Shown here: positions 37,997-46,578 of the stretch, in pieces | Layout: each line of letters opens with the position of its first letter | How positions within the stretch are numbered: position 1 is the stretch's first letter | NCBI GenBank assembly: GCA_964574655.1 | Contig: CAZNOH010000001.1 | Coordinates: forward strand, 201,852-265,851 | DNA length: 64,000 nucleotides | Source: an uncultured Candidatus Saccharibacteria bacterium | GTDB taxonomy: Bacteria > Patescibacteriota > JABMPQ01 > JAQVVF01 | Direction: 5' to 3' | Position numbers and translations under genes: made by a program | The notes under the pieces: generated by a model | The model's database searches: none | What the model was told of the DNA's origin: nothing | The model's input: only the letters and a program-made list of their open reading frames with translations

Positions 37997-38383
37997 ATGG
38001 TAGATCCTATTGCGGATATGTTAACACAAATTAGAAACGCTCAGGCAGTAAAGAAACCTGAAGTCACTTTATCTTATTCAAAGGTAAAGCTTGGAGTTGC
38101 AAAAATCTTGAAAGAAGAAGGCTACATTGCTGATTTTTCAATTTTGGAAAAAAACAAGTTTTTGAAGATGGTTTTGAAATATTTAGAAAATGGAAAGCCA
38201 CTTATTCAAAATATTAAGAGGGTAAGTACTCCTGGACAACGGATTTATGTTGGCAGCAAAGATATCAGAAAAATTTTAGGCGGTTTAGGAACTTCAATAG
38301 TTTCTACATCGAGAGGTATTATGACAGGCAAGGAAGCAAGAAAGAAGAACTTAGGCGGTGAAGCTATTTGCGAAATATTTTAG
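37997..38383 (+). CDS. rpsH: Ribosomal protein S8
   Basis: DPIADMLTQIRNA. Confidence 0.9.
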   Translation: MVDPIADMLTQIRNAQAVKKPEVTLSYSKVKLGVAKILKEEGYIADFSILEKNKFLKMVLKYLENGKPLIQNIKRVSTPGQRIYVGSKDIRKILGGLGTSIVSTSRGIMTGKEARKKNLGGEAICEIF

Positions 38384-38440
38384 TTAACATCGCGAATCTG
38401 CACGAATGCCTTACGGCCACAAATTGCACGAATAGATATT
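38384..38440. repeat. Post-stop ATCGCGAATC / CACGAATG / CCACAAATT / CACGAATA array
   Basis: Collinear with 35177-35207 apart from a ccttacgg insertion. Confidence 0.6.
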
Positions 38441-38485
38441 TGTTAATTTAGTTAGTGATTTATTAAGTGTAAATTAGAGAAATTT

Positions 38486-39034
38486 ATGTCAAGAATTGGA
38501 AAATTACCGATTCAGATTCCAGAAGGTGTGGAAGTAAAAATTGTTGATAATACCATAACTGTAAAAAAAGAAAAAAATCAGTTACAGTTTTCTTTGAATC
38601 CAAAAGTTATTGTTACAAGTGATGCTAAAGAAATAAAGGTTGAAGTAAAGAAAGAAGTAAACAGAAATCTTTGGGGTGTTACGAGATCAATTATCAATAA
38701 CATGGTTATTGGTATAACAAAAGGATTTGAAAAGAAGTTGGAAATAGAAGGAATTGGTTTTAATGCACAGGTTAATGGCGATAAATTAGTCATGAAATTA
38801 GGTTTTTCTCATCCGATTGAATACCTTGCTCCTAAAGGAATAAAATTTGAAGTGAAGAAAAATTTGATTACAGTTTCTGGAATAGATAAACAATCAGTAG
38901 GTCAAGCAGCAGCCGAGATAAGAGAATTCAAAAAACCTGAACCATATAAAGGAAAGGGAATCCATTATCTTGGCGAGCATATTATTAGAAAAGAAGGAAA
39001 GAAAGCTGTTGCCTCAGAAGGCGGAGCTAAATAA
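38486..39034 (+). CDS. rplF: Ribosomal protein L6
   Basis: SRIGKLPI. Confidence 0.9.
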   Translation: MSRIGKLPIQIPEGVEVKIVDNTITVKKEKNQLQFSLNPKVIVTSDAKEIKVEVKKEVNRNLWGVTRSIINNMVIGITKGFEKKLEIEGIGFNAQVNGDKLVMKLGFSHPIEYLAPKGIKFEVKKNLITVSGIDKQSVGQAAAEIREFKKPEPYKGKGIHYLGEHIIRKEGKKAVASEGGAK

Positions 39035-39048
39035 TTATATAAGAGTTT

Positions 39049-39393
39049 ATGAATAAAAAATTACTTAGAACGAGAAGACATAAAAGAATAAGATCAAGAA
39101 TGGATGGTTTAGCAAAGAAACCTAGATTGGTTGTATTTAGAAGCAATAAGCATATTCATGCTCAATTGATTGATGATTCTGTTAGTAAAACTTTAGTTGC
39201 TGCAGCTGATTTAGAATTAAAAGATTTAAAGAAGAAAAAGAGTGAAATAGCTTTTGCAGTCGGAGAGTTGGCAGCAAAAAAAGCAATAGAAAAAAATATT
39301 TCAGAAGTTGTTTTTGATAGAGGCGGATATAAATATACGGGAAGAGTTAAGGCTTTGGCTGATGGCGCAAGAAAAGGCGGACTCAAGTTCTAA
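39049..39393 (+). CDS. rplR: Ribosomal protein L18
   Basis: RLVVFRSNKHIHAQLID..FDRGGYKYTGR. Confidence 0.9.
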   Translation: MNKKLLRTRRHKRIRSRMDGLAKKPRLVVFRSNKHIHAQLIDDSVSKTLVAAADLELKDLKKKKSEIAFAVGELAAKKAIEKNISEVVFDRGGYKYTGRVKALADGARKGGLKF

Positions 39394-39473
39394 TAACTAA
39401 ATAACTAAATTAAAAAATAACTAAATTGCGAATTATTACGAATTATAAATTACTTAATTACTGAATTAAATAA

Positions 39474-40103
39474 ATGGATAGAAATAATAAGAGAAATTTT
39501 AGAGGGGACAAAGAATTTGATCAAGAATTAGTTGATCTTGCTAGAGTTACCAGAATAGTTGCTGGTGGACGTCGTTTTAGATTTAGAGCAACATTGGTAA
39601 TCGGAAATAAAAAGGGTTCAGTTGGCATGGGAATTGGAAAGGGTGTTGATGTATCATCTGCAATTGCAAAAGCATTGGCAATAGCAAGAAAAAACATGAT
39701 AAAGGTTTTGATTATTGACAATACTATTCCATACGAAATTTGGGTAAAATATTGTGGCGCAAAGGTTTTTTTGAAACCTGCAAAAGTTGGTACAGGAGTT
39801 ATTGCTGGCGGTGCTGTTCGTACAGTTATGGATTTGGCTGGTATTAGAAATATAACAGCAAAAATGTATGGATCAAACAACACTCCTAATAACGTAAGAG
39901 CAACTTTGATGGCTTTAGAAAAAATGAGAAAGCCTGAAGATATAGCTTCTGCTAGAGGTAAGAAAATTGAAGATTTGCTTGGAAAGAAGAAAGAAGTAAA
40001 GTCAGAAGAAAAAAAAGTTGTTGCTTTCGCTGATGCTACATTGATCAGGGAAGTTAAGAAAGTAGCTGAAATTAAAAAGATTGCTAAAGTTGTTAAAAAA
40101 TAA
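39474..40103 (+). CDS. rpsE: Ribosomal protein S5 (C-terminal extension). No L30 gene follows.
   Basis: VTRIVAGGRRFRFRATLVIGN. Confidence 0.9.
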   Translation: MDRNNKRNFRGDKEFDQELVDLARVTRIVAGGRRFRFRATLVIGNKKGSVGMGIGKGVDVSSAIAKALAIARKNMIKVLIIDNTIPYEIWVKYCGAKVFLKPAKVGTGVIAGGAVRTVMDLAGIRNITAKMYGSNNTPNNVRATLMALEKMRKPEDIASARGKKIEDLLGKKKEVKSEEKKVVAFADATLIREVKKVAEIKKIAKVVKK

Positions 40104-40123
40104 GATATTGGATATTAATTATT

Positions 40124-40669
40124 ATGAAATTATACGAATTAAAACCTGCAAAAGGATCAACAAAGAAAAGAAAGATTGTTGGACGTGGAAATGGATCTGG
40201 TCACGGAACATTTTCTGGGAGAGGATGCAAAGGTCAGAAAGCTAGATCAGGCTATAGCAGACGTCCAAGCTTTGAAGGCGGTAGGACTCCTTTATATATG
40301 CAGATTCCTAAAAAAAGAGGATTCAAAAGTTTATCAGCAAAACCAGAAATTGTTAATGTTTTAGCTTTGGAGAAAAAATTTAATGACAATGATAATATTG
40401 ATAAGAAAAAGATGGCTGAAGCTGGTTTGATTAAATCTGTTGATGTAGATGTGAAAGTTTTAGGCGATGGTGATATTAAGAAAAAATTAAATATTTCAGC
40501 TGAATATTTTTCAGAATCTGCAAAAGAAAAGATTGAAAAGGCTGGAGGCAGTGTTAAGATTATTGAGAAGATTAAAAAAGAAAAGGTTAAAGATAAAAAA
40601 ACTGTAGTAGTACAAAATAAAGTAAAAAAAGAAAAGGCAAAAGTTCCAAGCCTGCCTATTGGCAAGTAG
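40124..40669 (+). CDS. rplO: Ribosomal protein L15 (long Lys-rich C-terminal extension)
   Basis: LKPAKGSTKKRKIVGRGNGSGHG. Confidence 0.85.
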   Translation: MKLYELKPAKGSTKKRKIVGRGNGSGHGTFSGRGCKGQKARSGYSRRPSFEGGRTPLYMQIPKKRGFKSLSAKPEIVNVLALEKKFNDNDNIDKKKMAEAGLIKSVDVDVKVLGDGDIKKKLNISAEYFSESAKEKIEKAGGSVKIIEKIKKEKVKDKKTVVVQNKVKKEKAKVPSLPIGK

Positions 40670-40721
40670 GTCAAAAGTAATATAATTTTACTTTTTATTA
40701 TTAGCTTGTTAATTCTCCTTC

Positions 40722-42002
40722 ATGTTTGAGAAGATAGCCCAAATTTTTAAAATAAAAGAGCTGCGAAATAAAATTATATTCGCCTTAGCTCTTTTAATTG
40801 TTTTTAGATTTGCTGCTCATATTCCAGTTCCTGGTGTTGATGCTGCAGCCTTAAAAAGTTTTTTTGAAAGCAATCAGATTTTTGGTTTGTTAAATATGTT
40901 TACTGGTGGCGGTATGGAAAACTTTTCAATTGTAGCTATGGGCGTTGGTCCTTATATTACATCTTCTATTATTATGCAATTGTTAGTAATGGTTGTTCCA
41001 GCTTTGGAAAAATTGCAAAAAGAAGAAGGCGAGGATGGCAGGAGAAAAATGAATCAAATCACTAGATGGTTGACTATTCCTTTGGCAGCATTACAGTCTT
41101 ATTCAATGATAGTTTTATTGCAGAAAACCGGGCAGAATATTTTGGGCACATTAGATCCTTTTAAGTTGGTGACGATGATTGTAACGCTAACAGCTGGAAC
41201 TGTATTTTTAATGTGGCTTGGCGAGTTGATTACTGAAAAAGGCATTGGCAATGGTGTTTCATTGATCATTTTTGGTGGTATAGTTTCAGCCATACCTTTG
41301 GCAATCCAACAGACATTTGTGAATTTTGAGCAGTCAAAATTGTTAGAATTAGTTATTTTTGCAGTGATAGCTGTAGTTGTAATTGCCGGAATTGTTTTTA
41401 TAACAGAAGGTCATAGAAACATTCCAGTTCAATATGCAAGAAGAGTTCGTGGTATGAAAATGTACGGCGGGACAACTTCACATTTGCCTTTGAAAGTTAA
41501 TCAAGCAGGTGTTATTCCAATTATTTTTGCGATGTCATTAATGTTGCTTCCTGGTATGATTGCCAATTTTTTGGTCAGTGTGAATAATGCTATGGTCAAA
41601 GGCATTGCTCAAAATGTAGCTGATTTGTTTAACAACAATTTTTTTTACGGCGCGTTATATTTTGTGATGGTTATTTTCTTCACTTATTTTTATACTGCAG
41701 TTACATTTGATCCAAAGCAAATTTCTGAACATTTACAAAAGCAAGGTGGATTTATTCCAGGAATAAGGCCAGGTACTCATACAAGAGGATATTTGACAAA
41801 GACGATGACAAGAATTACTTTGACTGGCTCATTCTTTTTAGGTCTTGTTGCTGTTCTGCCATTTATTATGAAAGCAGCATTTGATATGCCGTCATTAGTA
41901 ATCGGCGGTACTGGAATATTGATTGTGGTAAGTGTTGTAATTGAAACTGTCAGGCAAATTGAATCAGAAATGGTGATGAGGGATTACGAATCTTTTTATT
42001 AA
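40722..42002 (+). CDS. secY: Preprotein translocase SecY
   Basis: 10-TM topology, MFTGG and IPGIRPG motifs. Confidence 0.95.
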   Translation: MFEKIAQIFKIKELRNKIIFALALLIVFRFAAHIPVPGVDAAALKSFFESNQIFGLLNMFTGGGMENFSIVAMGVGPYITSSIIMQLLVMVVPALEKLQKEEGEDGRRKMNQITRWLTIPLAALQSYSMIVLLQKTGQNILGTLDPFKLVTMIVTLTAGTVFLMWLGELITEKGIGNGVSLIIFGGIVSAIPLAIQQTFVNFEQSKLLELVIFAVIAVVVIAGIVFITEGHRNIPVQYARRVRGMKMYGGTTSHLPLKVNQAGVIPIIFAMSLMLLPGMIANFLVSVNNAMVKGIAQNVADLFNNNFFYGALYFVMVIFFTYFYTAVTFDPKQISEHLQKQGGFIPGIRPGTHTRGYLTKTMTRITLTGSFFLGLVAVLPFIMKAAFDMPSLVIGGTGILIVVSVVIETVRQIESEMVMRDYESFY

Positions 42003-42076
42003 AACAAGCGCTGAATTAAAAATTTTTGTGACAAAATTTTTAATGCTGATTTCGAACGCTGATTTGACGCTGATAG
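42003..42076. repeat. Post-stop CGCTGAT array (AGCGCTGAAT..AATGCTGAT..AACGCTGAT..GACGCTGAT)
   Basis: Starts 3 nt after the secY TAA stop and is followed by a terminator. Confidence 0.6.
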
Positions 42077-42127
42077 AAGGTGGAAACCTTCTTTTTTCTT
42101 GACAAGATTAAAGATAAGGAGTATTTT
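42074..42127 (+). promoter_or_regulatory. Terminator (agaaggt-gga-aaccttct + T6) fused to a TTGACA promoter at 42099
   Basis: Hairpin + T-run, then TTGACA-17-TATTTT. Confidence 0.45.
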
Positions 42128-42314
42128 TTAAATTGATGATAAATATTTACAAAAATTTTAATTTAGTTCCAACTCCTACTGGTTTTTGTGGGCTAGTTTG
42201 ATTTTGTTTTAAATAATTTAAAATAAGAACAGACTGGCTCAGATAGCCAGTTTTTTGTACTTTGAGAAACAAGTCTAGTGCATAAGTTTTATGTGCTAGA
42301 CAAAGGAGGAGAAG

Positions 42315-42656
42315 ATGCGAGAAACAGCATGCAGGGTTATCAGGTCGTTGAAAGGAGATCTGTTTCTGTTTGTCGGAAAAATAAGGAAAACGGAAAGGCG
42401 TTGTCCAAAATGCGAGAAACAAGGAATGCCGGTTATTTTGCCTAATGGTAAAAAATATTGTTGTCTTTATTGCGGTTTCGAAATTGATGTTGATATTGCA
42501 AAAAAAATGTATGAGGTTTTGAGCAATTTTAATGGTGCTGATCCAAGGCAAATGAGTGAGGAAACAGCGGCGATAATCATTGCAATGGATCAAGTATTAA
42601 GCTGGTTCTTGCGTGGATATCGTTGGAACAATTATAATCCGAATGACTTGCGTTGA
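42315..42656 (+). CDS. Small zinc-ribbon protein (CPKC..CxxxC) of unknown function, inserted between secY and adk
   Basis: Strong SD caaaggaggagaag. GC is higher than in its neighbours. Four Cys sit in CxxC-like spacing. Confidence 0.45.
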   Translation: MRETACRVIRSLKGDLFLFVGKIRKTERRCPKCEKQGMPVILPNGKKYCCLYCGFEIDVDIAKKMYEVLSNFNGADPRQMSEETAAIIIAMDQVLSWFLRGYRWNNYNPNDLR

Positions 42657-42665
42657 TCTTTCAAA

Positions 42666-42689
42666 AGAAGGCTAAAGCCTTCTTTTTTC
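42666..42689 (+). terminator. Intrinsic terminator
   Basis: agaaggct-aaa-gccttct stem followed by a T6 run. Confidence 0.6.
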
Positions 42690-42741
42690 TTGTTTTAATG
42701 AGCGAAGAATGATATATTGTTAAGTATAAATTAAGTTTTTT

Positions 42742-43425
42742 ATGCAAAAATCATTATTAATTTTATTTATGGGGCTTTCTGGTTCTGGCAAGGGAACTCA
42801 AGCCAAAATGATTGGTGAAGAATTTGATTTCAATTATATTGAGATGGGCGGAATTTTGCGAGAAGAAGTAAAAAAGCAGACTGATTTGGGAAAAAAGATT
42901 GATGTAATTATTCATAAAGAAGGAAAATTAGTGCCGGATGAAATGGCAAAAGAATTAATCAAAAAAGCTTTGTTTGAAAAAGATCATGGCGAGACAATTG
43001 TTTTAGACGGTTATCCAAGAACGAGCCAGCAGGTTATTGATTTAGATGAGATTCTAAAGGAAATGGGTTTGGGAAAAGAAATCGTTGTTTTTGATATTAA
43101 AATTTCTGATGAAGAGGCGATGAATAGGCTAACAAAAAGAAGAATTTGTGAAAAATGCAAGAATGTTTTGCCGGCAGATTCAAAAGACAAAGTTTGTCCA
43201 AAATGTAATGGTAAATTAATGCATCGTGGTGATGATAATCCAGAAAAAATCAGAGAGAGGCTAAAATGGGCACATGAAAAAGTTTATCCAGCTATTTTAG
43301 AATATAAAAAACGAGGAGTTTTGCAGGAAATTGATGGCGAAAGATCGATTAGTGTTGTGCATGAAGATATTAAAGAGCGTTTAATAAAAATAATCAATAA
43401 CCAATCACCAAAAAATAATCAATAA
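42742..43425 (+). CDS. adk: Adenylate kinase with a Cys4 zinc lid
   Basis: GLSGSGKGTQ P-loop, and CEKC..CPKC in the lid. Confidence 0.9.
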   Translation: MQKSLLILFMGLSGSGKGTQAKMIGEEFDFNYIEMGGILREEVKKQTDLGKKIDVIIHKEGKLVPDEMAKELIKKALFEKDHGETIVLDGYPRTSQQVIDLDEILKEMGLGKEIVVFDIKISDEEAMNRLTKRRICEKCKNVLPADSKDKVCPKCNGKLMHRGDDNPEKIRERLKWAHEKVYPAILEYKKRGVLQEIDGERSISVVHEDIKERLIKIINNQSPKNNQ

Positions 43426-43516
43426 CTAAATTTTAATAATCAAATCGTAAAAACTTATTATTTGGTTATTGTTTATTAGTTATTTTTTGATTATTGATTA
43501 TTGGTTATTCACATTT

Positions 43517-44272
43517 ATGAGCAAGATTATTATAAAAACTGATGAAGAGATTGAAATAATCCATGAAGGTGGCAGAAAGTTGGCGAGGATTATGGAAATT
43601 CTGAAAGAGGAAATTTCTAGGCCTGGTTATTTGACAAAGGGATTGGATAAAAGAATAAATGAGCTATGTGAAAAGTTTGGCGCAAAGCCTGCTTTTATGG
43701 GCTATCGTGGATATCCGGCAACTGTTTGCTTGTCTTTAAATGATGAAATAGTGCATTGTCCTCCTGGAGATAGAGTTATTAAAGAAGGCGATTTGGTAAG
43801 TCTAGATTTTGGTTTAAAATATAAGAATTTGTATACTGATAGTGCAATTAGTTTCGGTGTTGGGAAGATGACTTCTTTGGCTGAAAAGTTGATTAAAGTC
43901 ACCGAAGCTTCCTTATATAAGGGTATTGAGCAAGTTAGACCAAATGGACATATTGGTGATATTGGTCAGGCAGTTCAGCGATATGCAGAGGCTAATGGAT
44001 TTTCAGTTGTGCGTGATTTAACTGGCCATGGAGTTGGAAAACAAGTCCATGAGCCACCGCAAGTTTTAAATTATGGCAGAGAAGGAATTGGTCCAATTAT
44101 GAAAAAAGGAATGGTTATAGCAATTGAGCCAATGGTTAATGTTGGTGATTGGAGAATCAAACAAGGAGCAGATGGTTGGTCAATAATGACAGCGGACGGT
44201 GAATTATCTGCCCATTTTGAGCATACAGTGGCTGTAATTGATGATGGATATGAAATATTAACAAAAGAGTAA
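43517..44272 (+). CDS. map: Methionine aminopeptidase type I
   Basis: Start taken at MSKIIIKTDEEIE. The metal ligands (D, D, H, E, E) are in context. Confidence 0.9.
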   Translation: MSKIIIKTDEEIEIIHEGGRKLARIMEILKEEISRPGYLTKGLDKRINELCEKFGAKPAFMGYRGYPATVCLSLNDEIVHCPPGDRVIKEGDLVSLDFGLKYKNLYTDSAISFGVGKMTSLAEKLIKVTEASLYKGIEQVRPNGHIGDIGQAVQRYAEANGFSVVRDLTGHGVGKQVHEPPQVLNYGREGIGPIMKKGMVIAIEPMVNVGDWRIKQGADGWSIMTADGELSAHFEHTVAVIDDGYEILTKE

Positions 44273-44274
44273 AA

Positions 44275-44415
44275 ATCCTAAATCCTAAGCTCAAAATCCT
44301 AAACAAACTCAAATGACTAAAGTAAAAAAATACAAAATCTGATGTCGGTTTTTGAAATTTGGTTATTTTAATTTTGGATTTATTTAGGATTTAGAATTTA
44401 GTATTTAGAGTTTTT
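44275..44415. repeat. Long AT-rich imperfect palindrome built from AATCCTAA words (forward 3 units, then inverted ttaggattt / tagaattt / tagtattt)
   Basis: Spans the whole map-ruvX spacer. Confidence 0.45.
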
Positions 44416-44796
44416 ATGACAATATTAGGAATAGATTTTGGTGGCAAGCATATTGGATTAGCAAAAGGCGATGATCAAAATAAAATTGCATTGCCTTTTT
44501 TAAGTTTGGAAAATAATGGTTTAAATAAATTGATTGTTGAAATAAAAAGCTTGGTTGAAAAAGAAGAGATCGGTGAAGTTGTTGTTGGTTTGCCTTTAAA
44601 TATGTCAGGACAAAAAACCGATCAGACAAAAAAGACTGAATATTTTGCTGAAAAATTGAAGAAAGAAGTCAATATTAAAATTATTTTAGTTGATGAGAGA
44701 TTAACATCAATTGGAGTGAAAAAGCTTGGGAGTGATGTTGATGAACATCAGTTGGCAGCAAGAGAGATCTTGCAGGGATATTTGGATAAAAAATAA
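44416..44796 (+). CDS. ruvX: RuvX/YqgF Holliday-junction-resolvase-like pre-16S rRNA nuclease
   Basis: ILGIDFGGKHIGLA..VVGLPLNMSG. Confidence 0.75.
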   Translation: MTILGIDFGGKHIGLAKGDDQNKIALPFLSLENNGLNKLIVEIKSLVEKEEIGEVVVGLPLNMSGQKTDQTKKTEYFAEKLKKEVNIKIILVDERLTSIGVKKLGSDVDEHQLAAREILQGYLDKK

Positions 44797-44809
44797 AACT
44801 TTGTTTTTG

Positions 44810-44842
44810 TAGGGGCACAATATTTTGCGCCCCTATTTTTTT
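44810..44842 (+). terminator. Intrinsic terminator
   Basis: taggggcacaa..ttgcgccccta stem followed by a T7 run. Confidence 0.65.
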
Positions 44843-44929
44843 ATCTGTGCATAACTTTCTTGTGGGGGGGCTTATATATGTTAGGTTTAGGTCAAAGAAA
44901 TTTTTATATTAAAATAAATAAAAAAATCT

Positions 44930-46405
44930 ATGAGAAAGTTTTTAGTAACAAGTTTTTTTTGTGCTGTGTTTTTGTTTTGCTTTTGTGGAATAACGAAGGC
45001 GGCGGAATGGACGGATGTGACAGGAAATCTAACTGGAACATCTATTCATTCTATGATTCAGGCTTCTGATGGTTCTATTTACGCTGGAGGCTATGAGGGT
45101 GATGAGCATGCTAGAGTTTGGAGATATTCGGCTGGTTCTTGGGCTGATATTACTGGAATTTTATCTGGATATCGTGTTTGGTCTCTGGTTCAATCTTCTG
45201 ATAGTTCCATATATGCAGCTAGTGCTGATAAGGTTTGGAGATATTTAGCAGGTTCTTGGACAGATACTGGAACATTAAATGGTGCTTCTGTTGTTTCTCT
45301 GATTCAAGCTTCTGATGGTTCGATATATGCTGGAGGTGAAACTAATGTTGGTTCTGCTAGAGTTTTGAGATATTCAGCTGGTTCTTGGACGAATACTGGA
45401 TTGAGTGATGCTTTTTATGTTTATTCTCTGGTTCAAGCTTTTGATGGTTCGATATATGCTGGAGGTAAAACTAATGTTGGTTCTGCTAGAGTTTGGAAAT
45501 ATTCAGCTGGTTCTTGGACGAATGTTACCGGTGTTTTAGTTGGAACGAGTGTTAATTCTTTGATTCAAGCTTCTGACGGTTCGATATATGCTGGAGGTTA
45601 TAGTGCTGGTGATGGTAGAGATTATGCTAAAGTTTGGAAATATTCAGCTGGTTCTTGGACAGATTTTACTGGAACTTTATCAGGATTTGATATTGGTTCT
45701 TTTATCCAAGCTTCTGATGGATCTATATATGTTAGTTCCGATGATAAAGTTTGGAAATATTCAGCAGGTTCTTGGGTCGAGATTACTTATGGAACATTAG
45801 ACGGAAATTTGTTGAGTCCTTTGATTCAGGTTTCTGATGGTTCGATATTTGTAGGAGGTAGTAATTATTATGTTGCCAAAGTTTGGAAATATACTGTTAG
45901 TCAAGAAGAGCAAGAGCAGGAGCAAGCACAACAAAATCTAGAATCAGGTGACAAAATCATTTTAGAATCAGCCTTGAATCAGCAAACAATTTCCGGCCAA
46001 GATCTAACAATCAGCTTTACAAAGCTTCCAACCAAATTAACTAAAAACAGCGCGTATTGGATGAAATGGAATCAGCTAAGCAAGTATCCAAACAAGACAT
46101 TCTTAAAGAATTGGAAATTAAAGACTAATCTATACAAATACAAAGTCAAGAAAAGCTCTCAGAAATACAAGATCAAAGTATCATTCAAATTCACTAAGAA
46201 GCAATTAAAGAAATACTTGAAGAAAAACAAATTGGCGACAAAATCTAATATTACTTTGAAATACAAACAAGGAACATCTTCTTGGAAAAACTTTACTTCT
46301 GTCTTTACTGATGCCAAGCTAATTAAAAAGGACAAGAAATTTATTGTTAAATACTTTACGCATTATCCGGTTAAGACTCAATATTTTGCGATTGGAGTGA
46401 AATAG
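44930..46405 (+). CDS. Secreted tandem-repeat (beta-propeller-like) protein with a Lys-rich C-terminal domain
   Basis: A signal peptide, then about 9 copies of a roughly 40-aa repeat (VWKYSAGSWT[DN]xTG..SLIQASDGSIYAGG), a QEEQEQEQ linker and a basic tail. Confidence 0.5.
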   Translation: MRKFLVTSFFCAVFLFCFCGITKAAEWTDVTGNLTGTSIHSMIQASDGSIYAGGYEGDEHARVWRYSAGSWADITGILSGYRVWSLVQSSDSSIYAASADKVWRYLAGSWTDTGTLNGASVVSLIQASDGSIYAGGETNVGSARVLRYSAGSWTNTGLSDAFYVYSLVQAFDGSIYAGGKTNVGSARVWKYSAGSWTNVTGVLVGTSVNSLIQASDGSIYAGGYSAGDGRDYAKVWKYSAGSWTDFTGTLSGFDIGSFIQASDGSIYVSSDDKVWKYSAGSWVEITYGTLDGNLLSPLIQVSDGSIFVGGSNYYVAKVWKYTVSQEEQEQEQAQQNLESGDKIILESALNQQTISGQDLTISFTKLPTKLTKNSAYWMKWNQLSKYPNKTFLKNWKLKTNLYKYKVKKSSQKYKIKVSFKFTKKQLKKYLKKNKLATKSNITLKYKQGTSSWKNFTSVFTDAKLIKKDKKFIVKYFTHYPVKTQYFAIGVK

Positions 46406-46451
46406 CAAGCGCTGATTAAACGCTGATTTCCAACGCTGATTTAACGCTGAT
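46405..46451. repeat. Post-stop ACGCTGAT array (4 units; spacings 11, 13 and 11 bp)
   Basis: caaGCGCTGATtaaACGCTGATttccaACGCTGATttaACGCTGATa. Confidence 0.7.
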
Positions 46452-46481
46452 AGGGGCATAGAATTGTGCCCCTATTTTTTT
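46452..46481 (+). terminator. Intrinsic terminator
   Basis: aggggcatagaattgtgcccct stem followed by a T8 run. Confidence 0.65.
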
Positions 46482-46504
46482 TATTTAAAATTTGTTATTA
46501 TTTA

Positions 46505-46551
46505 AGCAAGCGCTGATTTAATGCAGATGCTAACGCTGATTTGGCGCTGAT
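46505..46551. repeat. Second ACGCTGAT array, tandem to the first (degenerate second unit ATGCAGAT)
   Basis: caaGCGCTGATttaATGCAGATgctaACGCTGATttgGCGCTGATa, then a T-rich run. Confidence 0.65.
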
Positions 46552-46578
46552 ATTTTTATTTTTTTATATTTTTAACGC

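Noticed and set aside
42147-42593. Minus-strand 148-aa ORF
   Set aside because: It is antisense to the zinc-ribbon gene, which has a strong SD, its own promoter and a terminator. The antisense ORF has neither.
45060-45900. Roughly 120-bp DNA tandem repeats
   Set aside because: They are the coding repeats of the propeller protein (in frame and translated consistently), not a non-coding array.
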